From: Lytechinus pictus
Lineage: Eukaryota
Length of the DNA stretch: 64,000 nucleotides
Assembly (NCBI RefSeq): GCF_037042905.1
Contig: NC_087247.1
Span: 62,620,001 to 62,684,000, forward strand
Direction of reading: 5' to 3'
Shown here piece by piece: positions 51,087 through 63,239 of the stretch; the stretch's first letter is position 1, and each line of letters opens with the position of its first letter. The notes below the pieces were generated by a model that was not told the DNA's origin, ran no database searches, and saw only the letters and a program-made list of their open reading frames with translations. A program made the translations under genes and the position numbers.

Positions 51087-51261
51087 GTGTGTATTTGAGT
51101 TTTGTCAGACGTGTATCAATCAGATATGATTATTTACGTCTGGGACCGACCTTTAACGTCACCATCCGAAAGACGTGACCAGGGCTCGAACCTCGAACCT
51201 CTGCATCAATTTGTAACTTCCCCACATAGCTTGGATTACAGGCGCACGCCACAACGCCCAG
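51087..51261 (-). mobile_element. SINE with 7SL (SRP Alu-domain)-derived head
   Basis: 5' CTGGGCGTTGTGGCGTGCGCCTGTAATCCAAGCTA, B box GGTTCGAGCCC, GTCTTTCGGATG core, (CA)n tail; 3'-end fragment at 48621-48646. Confidence 0.75.
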
Positions 51262-51559
51262 ACTCCCCCCCCCCCCAGGGGGGGGGGGGAGTCATCTGCC
51301 CCCTCGTTTAATCAACAACAATGGTGGTTATGCGAAAGGTAAAGGTTTATCAAATCTGCATGTTGTCACATTAATTTTAGCCCGAGATGTCATTAGGCCT
51401 AAAATGTACTATTCATAGAGATGTATAGTTTTGTGACTGATTCATCCCCCCATGTTTGTCCGCACTTTGACCCTGTAGCAAATTGTAGTCAGAAATATAA
51501 GAATAAGATGTTATATTAGTAGACCTACTGCATGGCTGATGACCATCGATTATCGACGC

Positions 51560-51842
51560 TGGTGACGTGAGTGACGTAACAATCAAATTAAAGCGCAACG
51601 AAAACACATGCGCAGAACGTGCCGGGGGCGTGTCATAGGCATCATTAAAGTCTTTCATTGGCTTAAAGTTTTGACTACGTCATCGCATAGTCATGTGGGA
51701 TCTGTTTGCAAGTGAAGTCGACTTGGCCATGACAACGATCTAGCCGGGCTCTCTATATAATATCTGCATGCACTTAGAAAAAGCAGTCAGAAACAAATCC
51801 ATAGCAGATGAGTTGCATATTATGATAGAATGGATTATGCGG
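51560..51842 (+). promoter_or_regulatory. probable promoter and 5' non-coding exon of the kinase gene
   Basis: Two TGACGT CRE-like sites (51563-51578), GGGGGCGTGT GC box, ATTGG near 51657, TATATAA near 51754, donor GTAAAT at 51843. Confidence 0.55.
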
Positions 51843-52126
51843 GTAAATATTTTTTCTTTTGATATTCATGAATCAGTAATTTGGTCAATGTTTGCTTTGC
51901 GAAAATGTTACCTAATTCCTTAGATGATTCGACTATAATATGGGTGTTGGTCTAACTAATATTGATGTTGTTGGTATTCTAAACCAGTGCAATAGGGCAT
52001 AGGCCCATTCATTAAAACATTATTTTGTGTGTCTGAACAGGTTTATTTGAGGATGAAATTACAAAAAAATCAATTCAATTTTTTTTAATAAACATATATA
52101 CATGCACCATGATAGTGTCTTATGTA

Positions 52127-52737
52127 CCGTATGGGTACTAGTATTCAACCCGGCATAATTCAAAGATTTTGACATATTCCCCAAAATATTTAGAAATAGG
52201 GAATTTATCTTAATTTCATACCTTTGTTATTTCCAGGGTAATCTGTTGTCGGTATTTTCTTTGTCAATCTGTCGACTGTATGCGCGGAGGATCGAATTAT
52301 GCGGCGATGGCCTTTTGCACTGAATGGCACTAGTATTCAACCTAGTGAGGATTGATAGCAAATCTCAAAAGGGTTTAGATTGCTAAATTAGATCTAGATC
52401 TATGTAAGTCTCTGGCTTTGACTAATTCCCTGTTTGGTCTCATCTCAAATGGTCTAGTCCATAGTCGGATGGGACAAGGGCAGATTGAGAGACAGGGCCA
52501 TCTTTCATCGCTAGGTTGAATACTAGTGCCGACGGGTTGAATACTAGTACCAAAATCTGTCGCCGTATAATTCGATCGCCCGCGCACACAGTCAACTGGT
52601 TGAAGAAAAAAATAACGGAAAAAGAATAACCAGCATTTGCTCTTTGAAATAAGACGGGTCTGAAATTCAGGTAAATTCTATATTTCTATATATTTGAGGA
52701 AACTCTCCAAACGGGTTGAATACTAGTGCTCTTACGG
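52127..52737. mobile_element. Tc1/mariner(pogo)-type MITE
   Basis: TA|CCGTATGGGTACTAGTATTCAACCCG ... CGGGTTGAATACTAGTGCTCTTACGG|TA; the motif recurs internally in inverted orientation. Confidence 0.85.
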
Positions 52738-53149
52738 TATGGTAGTTCTTTATGAATGAAAAGTGATGTAGGGTCTACCACTTTAGCTATGATTATTGTT
52801 TATAAGACTTTATTTTATCATACTTGTTATTAAAATTTCAGGGGCGCACATTACATGTAGGACTATTTGAATTAAATTTGACAAGAAACTAAACAATACC
52901 TCATGCAGTCTTATCCCCTTAAAAATGAAAAAAAAAAATCAATGAAATAAGCAGGCGCGGATCAAGCGGGGGGGGGGGGGGGTGGGGGTTGTGGTCCTAA
53001 AATTTGAAAATACCCCTTAAAATGAACGATTACCTTTTTCATTTCCTTGTAAATCTTTTGGGCAAACACGCATACCGTAAAAGTCCGACTATAGATCTAC
53101 ACCTGCAAAAAACAACAACACATTTTATGTAGTTTAGACATCATTCGTA

Positions 53150-53912
53150 AAATAACACACTGATTCATATTAACATTTACAGCACACCATTAGAACAGAA
53201 AAATGAAAACAGAATTTTAAGGTGTAATTATGGATGAAGTTTTGACCTGGAATCAACACATAACACCATGTTACAATGTGCGTTTCAAAAAGTATTGGGA
53301 TAATTTCCAAGTTGAAATTTCTTCTTCCTCATAAAACTTTATTCTTATCATACAATCCTTTATTCAAGTATATCAACAATCAACTTCCTCCACCATTTGA
53401 TAACATGTTTAGGTTTAACAGGTCTGTCTACTCCTACCCAACCCGCATATCTGGAAACATCCATCTCAATAACCCCAATTTATTAATAACCAATGAATCT
53501 ATTTGACATTATGGTCCCGATATTTGGAACAATTTTCAAGACAATATTAAATCATGCTCAACAATATACTCCTTGAAAGCTAATCTTAAAAGTTAAAAGA
53601 TACATTTTCCCATCTTATGCATCACACTCTTCAAATCAAAACCTCAACTGCTCCCTGCAGCACCTGCATCTGCATTGCACCCACTTGATCAATGTAGAAA
53701 CACATGTACCTTTTACGAGGCCGCCATCATTATCAAGCCTAATCCATTGTAATCGCTCACGATGGCGGTCTTCTGCATTCCTCTAAATTATAATTTCGTT
53801 AAATGGACAATATGTTTGTTATTCATCTTAATTGCTTATGTTACGACCACAGTATTGTTGATTTGTTATATATTTACCATGTGTATTACCTCTGTATTAA
53901 AATCAAATCAAA
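53150..53912 (+). mobile_element. 3' fragment of a CR1/L2-group LINE (degenerate RT C-terminus plus 3' UTR)
   Basis: Frameshifted GVIMDEVLTWNQHI...VSKSIGIISKLKFLLPHKTL; ends in AAATCAAATCAAA. Confidence 0.75.
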
Positions 53913-53997
53913 GAGTACAAGTATATAGGGGCATACGTGGATAAATGCGAAAATATCTGTGGCAGAATAATGGCACATGATGTACAAATATTTCAGA

Positions 53998-56900
53998 ATG
54001 GCTGAAACGAGAGAAACAAACACAAACGTACAGCAAACGGACTTGTCACCTTCAACAAAGAAACAGGTTTTTCTTTCAGAGGATGCCAGCGAAAATAGGC
54101 CTAGAGCAACAGAATCAGTAAGTACTCAACTGAAAACTGATTTATCGGTGGAAATACTAAAAGTTTTTATTTTATCAATCTTATGTCCTTGGCTTCTAAT
54201 ATCTTATTCGAGCCTGACCATAGCAGCGGCGAAATGAGTAAAAAAAATGAAGAGGCTGGCTATTAGTAGGCCTACGATGCATAATATCATGATATTTCAA
54301 TGCAGTCAAGTAAGACCATAACATGACCGTCAAGTTGGGTATATATGCAATTATTTTGCTGAAAGTTGTTGTGTTGGGTGTCTACCTCAAGAATCCGACG
54401 AGTGCCACTTGGGCACCTTTGGGAATTTTTTAAAATTGACGTCATAGTGCAAGCCCACCTTTTTTACATGCCTCTTAAATATGACTTTCATATTTTACGA
54501 CATAAACATGTCATGTTTGGTATCAAATTAAAGGTAGTAATAAAAAATCAAATGCAAATATATGGATCACTGTGAATTTAAATCACGCAAATATCAATTA
54601 AAGGTCATTTAAGGTCATAAAAGGTCAATTTGCATTACATATGTAAGTAATACATATAAAAAATAAGATTCCTCAAGATGACAAGGTCACACCCATCAGA
54701 CTCTTAATATGCACACCCTCAACTTAACTTTAAGCAAAAAATGCATATAATACATAACTTGTTTGTATTCAAAACATGATATTTTCACCTTATATGTATT
54801 ACTTACATTTGTAATGCAATTTGACCTTTTATGACCTTAAATGACCTTTAAATGACATTTGCGTAATTCAAATGCACATTGATTCATATATTTGCATTTG
54901 ATGTTTCATTAGCTTTAATATGATATCAAACATGACATGTTTATTTCGTAAAATATGAAAGTCATATTTAAGAGGTATGTAAAAAGTGGGCGTGGCACCC
55001 GTCGGATTCTTGAAGTAGACACTCTATACTACAACTTTCAGCAAAAAAATGGATATATACCCAACGTGACGGTCATGCAATAATTTCATATCTACCCGAC
55101 TAATAAGTATTTATTCTGTAATAACTTTGTCATGTAAAGATGATAATACAGCCAGATATTCAAAGAAATTCGGCATTAATTCTTCCCATAATTTAATTTT
55201 TATTTGCATTACTAAGATATACTCCACTTGTTGTGCCATTGCACATCATGGAAAATGCCTGAAATAGGGAGTGAGTGTTTGAGAGAGGGAATGACGAAGG
55301 GGGTGGGAATTGGGAACAGTTGAACTCTCTAGCTCTCTACTTTTCATTTGTATAGGACTACGCTAAATTAGTTGACGCGGTTCGAGAAATAGTACCTTGC
55401 CCACTTGACAGCAATGTCGATACTGTCATTTACCAATTACACACTACTTGGAGGAGACAAGAAGCTACTCGAATAGTCATGAAGAGGAAGCTCGATGTGA
55501 GTTCCATGAAGAAAGTTTTAAAAATAAAGACGATCGGAAGTAGTTGGTTTGCCAATCACGACTTTACTATATGCATGTGATTATATACTGGCTCCAAACT
55601 TCGCTTTCTTTATGAGTAAACTTTGGACTCAATGACTTTTTGCAAAATTATTTGAAATTATTTTCAACCATCTGAAAATTCAAAAAGATTAACAGAAACA
55701 TTTACTTTTTATATGTAAAAACGGATAGCTCATAATAATCCTCGCTAGAGTTGTAACAACCCTTTGGTTGTTTTCATCTTCTTATTATACTTGGCATGCT
55801 TGGTGTTAGCAAAAGCTATGTATATTTTTAATGGAAATTCCAGGATGGCATCTTGCTGATTTAAGCACATTCTTTTTGGAAATATGTTTATGATATCAAT
55901 AAATATATATATTTATGTCAATGATTAATGCTTGTATGCCGGAACAGTAGTGATCATTCACAAATGAATCTGTCCCTTATATCATTATTCCTAGACAAAA
56001 CATACTATTGTACTCGATTCATTTCCTGTGTACACTAGACTTTTGTAATTTGTTTCTTTTCTAAAAGTTCTTTGGTATTTATACTTTTTGCCTACTTTGC
56101 TACCATTATTATCTGTGTATTTTGATGAAATATATATTTTTATGCAGAAGATCAAAGAGAAGCTTACGTCCAAAGGGAATTGTGCACATCATTGTGGTCT
56201 TGTCAATGAGAATGCAGCCCTTCGAAAGCAATATGGCGAGATAAACAAAAGATTCGAACAACTTTTACAAGACTATAGACGAGTTTTAAAGGAAAATAGT
56301 ACCAATAATCAGGTAAGAAATATCATCATGGTAAATGTATTTACTCAATACTGGACTAAGGCAATGACAAATTTAGGGTGTCAGAGTCTTTTGCGAGCGA
56401 ATAGAGCGAGTTAGCCCAAATCAACATATTGTACAAAATATACAATTATTTCCTTTCATACATTTGACCTCTAAAATCAAAATTGCCAGAAGGAAATTGA
56501 TGGAAATGGTTGAAAAATACATTATAATGATAACAACATGTATCATCCTCATTAATATAGCGAACAGCGTCTATTGCCCCTGTCATAGGATCCTGGCATG
56601 CCCGCACACAATGTATGCACTCACTGGAGAGCAGTCCAATAAGAGTTGCTTGGCTTACTCCATATATGCTTTCGTTTCCACACCTGCGTGGAGAGTACAT
56701 GGCAAGGTATGGATTTACTCCTTGCCAGAGGACGCTAGGCCTCGATAGGATTCGAATACACGACCCTCTGTTTACGAGTCAATAGTCAGAATCGCTACAC
56801 CACGACGTGTCGTCGTGACGCTTCCACATTATGATGATTAGGCCGAAAATGCCACTTCTGAGATTTTTATTTATTTATTTTCTTTTGATTTATTTTTTAA

Positions 56901-59529
56901 TTATTTATTTATTATTATTATTATTATTATTGTTATTATTATTTTTTTTTTTTGGGGGGGGGGCATCCAAGTCCCCATCAATAATTTCACTCCTCTCCCT
57001 TTAACGCTATCCCTTTTAGCCTAGGATTGTCAAAAATTGATTTTTTTTTTTTATTGAAGCACCAAACACAATATCTTGTTCTTCAAACGATTTCGAGGAT
57101 ATTATCTTCATGTACTTCTAGTGAGCATCTGTTTCTCCAGAAATGATATGTCACCATTTTACAGGTAGTACGTGAAGGAGAAGGGGAAAAGGATACCGAC
57201 TCAGCTAATAATATAACCGATGTGAACAAACCATGTGGAGAGACAGTGGCAAGTTTAAAAGTCATCACCAAGGTGATTTTTAATCTCAAAGATTATTATA
57301 ATGTAAAGTCAAGATATTTTTTTATATTACATTAACATTTGTTATTATCCAATGAGCTCTAGGATAAACATTGGTTTCACACACTTGCATGAAGTCAGTG
57401 ATAAATCGTTAAAAATTAAAATATTATTATCGTGGGAGTGTTTATAAGTAAGTAAATACACACACACATATATATAATTGCATGATGAGTAAAGAAGATC
57501 TTTCTCAGAAAAAAATATGTACAGCTGCTATATAGTCTTCTCGGTATTTTACTTTGGACAAAAGGTTATTTTCTCGATGATATGGGATTACGAGGTATGC
57601 TTTGCTCTATTTATTTTCACTGTGTAGTTTCTCTTTTATACCGGTCACCGTCATTCTCTTCACAGGTTGACAACCATGATACTCACATAGGAAATCACAA
57701 CACTGCTATCAAATCAGAGAGGTAAGAATCCTTTAATTAAATGTCATTTGTTTAGCACTGAAATTATCGCACCACATCAAAGTGCTTGATTAATTTGCAT
57801 AAACCAACTTTCGACAGACACTTTCAATATATGTTTGTACAATAATTGGGAGAAATGAAAGAAAATTTTGTCTCTGTAAATTGAAAAACATTCAATAAAA
57901 TCTTATTCGAATCGTTTTACCCATAATTGCATATTCCCCTTCTTAGAGTAATTCATCTTGTGGTTAATCTTTGACTGTGATTGAAACAAAATGGACAAAC
58001 GACCTGTGATACACTATAAGAATTTTATTGCTTCTTTATTGCCTCAAAAGTTAATAAGGTTCTTGTGCATAGAACGAGATGCAGGGACACGGTTTATGCC
58101 CTTTCTTTTTTTGCATTTAGCAACTTAAAAAATCTATTTAAATTTGTATTTCACTCAGAAATTCAGATGAGCCTAATTGTAGAATAAGAGAAGAGCTAGC
58201 ATGTCTTCATTTTGAGAACGATAACAACAAGATCATGGTGGATCGTCTGCGCCATATGCTTTCATCGTAAGTCTGATCTTTATATACTGTTTCCAATGAT
58301 TCCAGATTGTCAAAAGATTTCGTTTCAATTTGTATGTATTGCTTGGTTTGATGAATCAAATAAATTCAAACTGCATAAATGCTTTTGTTCAACTGTGTTT
58401 ACTCCATAGAGATGTATACTAATATACATCTCTATGGTTTACTCCTTAAAACCACTCACTTTCAATACATAAGTCTATTAAAACTATTTTACAAAAAAAT
58501 GTCAAATGGAAGGTTCAGCGCTTGTGTTCCTTTATTGCTTGTTTGTAATTCTAAAGTCAGTATTACTCTTTTTAAAATTACCATTTCAGATTTCACAAGA
58601 ATATAATTATCAGCAGTGGTACACTGCAAGTGTCTCCTATTTCGAAGACTGACCAAGCTGTTCTTGCCACTTTCGCGAAGATTCCAGTTAAGCGTCTTGA
58701 TCCCAAAATGCTTCAACTCTGGAAGAACAAATCCAATGATACAGGGGAGGAAATCTTGATAGGCAAGGGTGCTTTCGGGAAGGTGAATCTCATGCGCTAT
58801 ATCCCAACAAACATGCCAGTTGCTGTCAAGATCCAAGAAAAGAAAAATCGTGGTATAAGTGAAGAAGAGATGAAGAACAAACTCATCTCTAGATCAATGA
58901 AGGAGGCAGTCATGCAACATGTGATGTCGGATAACCCTTCATTCCCTGGATTGCTTGGTATTGTTGAGATCGATGATAATCTTGGCGTGGTGTTAGAATT
59001 CATTGGGGACAAACGATTTGCCATCATCCATCCATTGTGTGATGTTCTTTTTGAAAAACGTCCTGGATTAAGTCGACTGGAATGGATAGACATCGCACTC
59101 GATATCATCCAGGGTCTAGCTTCCCTCCACGACAAGGGACTCCTCCATAATGACCTCAAGAAAAATAATATCCTCATGCAACGAAGAGGTGAGCGATGGC
59201 GAGCATACATTATTGATTTTGGACATGGCAGTACAATCACAATGCCTTTGAAATTCCCAACATTCACGCTTGAAGAAGAACGGGAATATCTAGAAGGACT
59301 CCTCTATCATCATCTCGCTCCAGAAATTATAAGAGATCAGGAGCCTACCTCGGTATACACGGATATATATTCTTTAGGAAAGGTCCTTCTTGATATTGGC
59401 AGAGTTTCTGGTGATCGGGATCTTAGGCATGTTGCGGAGATGTGTACCAGGGAAAAACCTTATCGAAGGCCTGCAATGTCAAATGTCGAACTTTCTGTAA
59501 TACGTGCAAAAGAAAAATCACAGAAATGA
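53998..59529 (+). CDS. non-RD Ser/Thr-type protein kinase, 545 aa; coding exons 53998-54117, 55356-55496, 56148-56312, 57165-57272, 57666-57721, 58159-58266, 58590-59529
   Basis: All introns GT-AG with matching phases (0,0,0,0,2,2); 1638 nt open; N-terminal coiled-coil-like segment NAALRKQYGEINKRFEQLLQDYRRVLKE; C-terminal kinase domain. Confidence 0.85.
54304..55101. mobile_element. foldback MITE with about 350-bp arms in a kinase intron
   Basis: 54321-54659 is the reverse complement of 54790-55077 (with an indel); three AGGTCA half-sites per arm. Confidence 0.85.
56520..56806 (-). mobile_element. tRNA-derived SINE, related to 26468-26799
   Basis: Reverse strand CGTCGTGGTGTAGCGATTCTGACT...ATTCGAATCC...CTAGCGTCCTCTGGCAAGG. 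Confidence 0.75.
58590..59529 (+). CDS. kinase terminal exon holding the complete catalytic domain
   Basis: IGKGAFGKV, VAVK, alphaC Glu (SMKEA), HNDLKKNN, DFG, LAPE, DIYSLG, PYRRP; acceptor ccatttcAG. Confidence 0.96.
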
Positions 59530-60053
59530 GCGTTCTTTATTCCATGACTTATCTCTGAAATTAAGGTATTATAATTATAAGTTAAAAATTAGTAATCACT
59601 TTCCCGAAATACATGTAGGATGGACAGTATAATCCTGGACGTCCATAAAAAAAGGGGATATGGTACTTTACTTTTTGTTGAAACTATTGAACATTTGTGC
59701 GTGTGAGGTAATTAACTAAATTGAACACGTTGAATGACGGGAATCTAGTGTAAAATAACATCGTGTATTTCTGATCATTTTTTGTTTTTTGAATCGTGAA
59801 AAGGGTCTTTGTAGGGGATAGCTTGCATGAAGCATGGACATATTACGAATAGGTCCATGCATGAAGGCATTGGGATCACCGTATTATCATAGTAGAACTA
59901 CATTGAAACTAACAACAATACAATACATCCCGCAAAAAGGAACAACATGCCATTGATTGTGAACCTGATATTGATGGAGTTATTTTGTCTCTTTAATCAT
60001 CAACATTAAATTAGTTCAGTAGCTGGAATTAAGTTTTATAACAAGTTTATAAC

Positions 60054-60343
60054 CAACAAATTTTGCTGAAAAATAAGAATATCCCACAAAGTGTCCTACA
60101 CTGCATGCGTTCACAGTATGTTCACACTGTGGGAATAAAGTGAAATCATCTTTTCACACTGTTAATATGCTCAAATTTAACATTGTGAATATGCCAATCA
60201 ACAAATTTTGCTGAAAAATAAGAATATCCCACAAAGTGTCCTACACTGCATGCGTTCACAGTATGTTCACACTGTGGGAATAAAGTGAAATCATCTTTTC
60301 ACACTGTTAATATGCTCAAATTTAACATTGTGAATATGACAAT
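60054..60343 (+). repeat. 145-bp near-perfect tandem duplication
   Basis: 60054-60198 vs 60199-60343, one mismatch seen. Confidence 0.95.
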
Positions 60344-62377
60344 CGAGTCCACGTGTGAACACACTTTAAATACTCATATTATACATAGAGGTGTCCACAC
60401 GGCTTCGAATTATTTTCACATTTCATAAGAGTGTGAATTACATTTACAATGTGAACACGCCGATAACACACTGTGGGGTCGTTATCTTTTCATGCACGGA
60501 AAGCATATTAATATAGGGATCGATCTGGTATTGATTTACTTCTTTTGTTTCTGGAATCAACAACTTAGCTTGGGTAATTTAACATGCGGAACACCAAACA
60601 CTATCCACGACACGATTATTGAATGGGGAAAACCCATGCATGCATGATTATTAAAGAGACACTACCATTCCCACCATTCATTTACAGAATCAGTTTAAAT
60701 CATTAGTTCCTACATACACTCTACAAAATGTTAAATGATTCCTTGTCAATGATTTTTAAAAGCATTTTCTAGATTTTACAGAATTGAGCAGGTTTTTCTC
60801 ACGATCTTCAAGTGTTTCCACAAAATCAAACAAGATGACACACACGCACACCCACGCGCAAAAACATGAAATGAAGACATAGACTGGTAACAAAATTGAT
60901 CTTAGACCGCAGAATTTTGTCGGGAAATTACATACTTTGTATATTCACATGTATATATACACATGCCACGCAACCTAAATCATAATGAGCAATTAGTGTT
61001 TTATCAACGCATTGCAACATTCATAGTATATTTGTTATGTCTTTGTAATCTTTATCCTTTTGATTGGCTCATTTATTCTTTATTCATTTTTTTGTTTATC
61101 TATGTATTTATTCATTTTATTCGACTAATTCACTTGATTATTTCTCCCCGATTTTTTAAATTTTAATTAATTTATATTTTCACTTATTTTTGTTCAATTT
61201 ATTTTGTTTTACTATCATTTATTTTACTATTCGTTGTAGGGAGGGTGTGTTATCAAAATGTAACTGCAATGTGAATTCACTTTGTACGCCAACTCGGTAT
61301 TTATAGTGTATGATAAAATGATCGGAAGTATAGTTGTACCTTTAAAGGACTTGCTTGCCAATCATACCGCTAAATATTTTTTGGTCGTAGGCATGCTATG
61401 GTATGTCAGTGTTAGTCTGATTATACGAACCTCTTTACGACATTAGTATTTAGCGATTTAATTAAGAAGCAGTGTTAAAATCAAGTATCATAGTTTGCAC
61501 GTTTGTATATATATATTTTTTCTGAAAATGAAGCTAATTTATTCATGATATTTGTGTAATTTTAATAAATACGTTTGTTTTTAAATCGGACAACCAGTTT
61601 CATTTATAAGACTGATCAGTTCGATGCTGGTGATGTTATCAATATTAATTGCAATATACAGTTGTGACAACCTTTACTCACTGCGAGATGTTGCAATGGT
61701 AGCCTGTATCCGCCAAGTATATCGGTAATAGTTTTTAATCAGTGAATGGAAAACCCCGGGATGGAAATGACGAAGATATAAGAATTCGAAACATCGAGTT
61801 CTCTCGGCGGATGACGAGATAGTTATGTTGAATTCCGAGTAAATGTCAGTTACTACTAGTACATGATAACAGGGACGTGAGAGGGAGAAAGGATGTATAG
61901 GCCTATCGAATATAACGATGGATCTTCTTATGAGCATGTAAGTATGACAAAAGGTCAGGTTTACGAATCATTACTTGTAAACAAAGTCCAATGTACGCTT
62001 TAAGTGCAAATTTGAATAAGAATTGCAACAATAATCAGGGTTTCATCGTGCAAAGATTGTATTTGTTTGCAGCCGGGATGTAATTTTAATGTTCAACAAT
62101 GCACCTTAAAGGGTCTAAAGCAGGCGGGCGATTTGTAAACGGCATGCTGAATTGAGGTGATTTTGATGTGGAAAAAATGACAAGCCCCCCCCCCCCCCAA
62201 AAAAAAAAAAAAATCAAACAGCAGACCAACCTAATTTTCAGGGTGCTGCATATGGTGTGCTTCAGCACCCCCATTTCACACAGCCATGGTCTAAAGGGAC
62301 GCGAAGTTCCATCTTCTCAAGACCAAATTACAATAAGGGTATAAGATATAGTTCATTGCACTCTCTTATAGCGTATA

Positions 62378-63239
62378 GGGGAAGGCGGGGTAAGTTGTGA
62401 CACTTTTTGCATTTTGCATGTTAGAATTCATATGAATAATAATATTGTAGAAATAAGTACCTTGCCTTTAAGTTTGATTCTTGGGAAATAGTTTTCACCT
62501 ATATATAACTTTCTACCCCCACACTGAAAGTCATTGTGACTTAAAAAAAAAAAACGAAGTCAAATGGCCCAACTTGCCCCATCTGTGGGGTAAGTGGTGC
62601 CACCTTCTGGGGTAAGTTGAGCCACAAAAACTATGTACAAAATGTATGTGGGAAGAACCAGCATGTTAATTTTTTATTTAAAGTCTTTTCACTTGCTAAT
62701 TCTCTATAAATACTAACATCCTCTAAAAGTAAAATAACCGTCACGTGGTTTTGCTCCTTTCTGCCTGCATATCAATGGCTTTTAAAAGATTTATTTTATT
62801 TTATTATACATTACCATAAGAATTACCATGGCTCAACTTGCCCCATGTTGGTTGGCTCAACTTACCCCAGTCCGAACTTCATGCGATATTTTCACATCCA
62901 CACATTTCTTATGCATCCATCATGTAAAAGACTATGACAAGAATGAGAATCCATACCTGGACTAACAATATTGTTCTTATTTCTTTATCATATTTAAAGA
63001 CATGTGTGGGTAAAAAGTACTGATCTATTTCACACCCTTTTCTACTTTTTGGGCTGAAATTTGTATTTTTCCTTCTAAAAAAGTACTTTTTGTTTCAAAG
63101 TTGAAAACAATGTGGTGGGGTTAAGGGTTATGTAATGGGTCATCATTACATGACACCACCATAATGTCTGGCTCATTCATTATTGGCCTGGGGCTGGTGG
63201 CTCAACTTGCCCCTGTGCTCAACTTACCCCGCCTTCCCC
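62378..63239. mobile_element. TA-target non-autonomous DNA transposon (Tc1/mariner-like)
   Basis: TA|GGGGAAGGCGGGGTAAGTTG ... CAACTTACCCCGCCTTCCCC|TA; internal GGGGTAAGTTGAGCCA repeats in both orientations. Confidence 0.88.

Noticed and set aside
51087-51261. Functional 7SL gene, human Alu contamination or hammerhead ribozyme
   Set aside because: No S domain and too short for 7SL; body and tail differ from Alu; no CUGANGA core was seen.
58797-59267. 156-aa antisense ORF
   Set aside because: Shadow of the kinase exon.
58630-59529. Stand-alone single-exon kinase or c-Mos
   Set aside because: The ORF-track start is GTG downstream of a good acceptor in phase with upstream exons; the HNDLKKNN loop differs from Mos HLDLKPAN.
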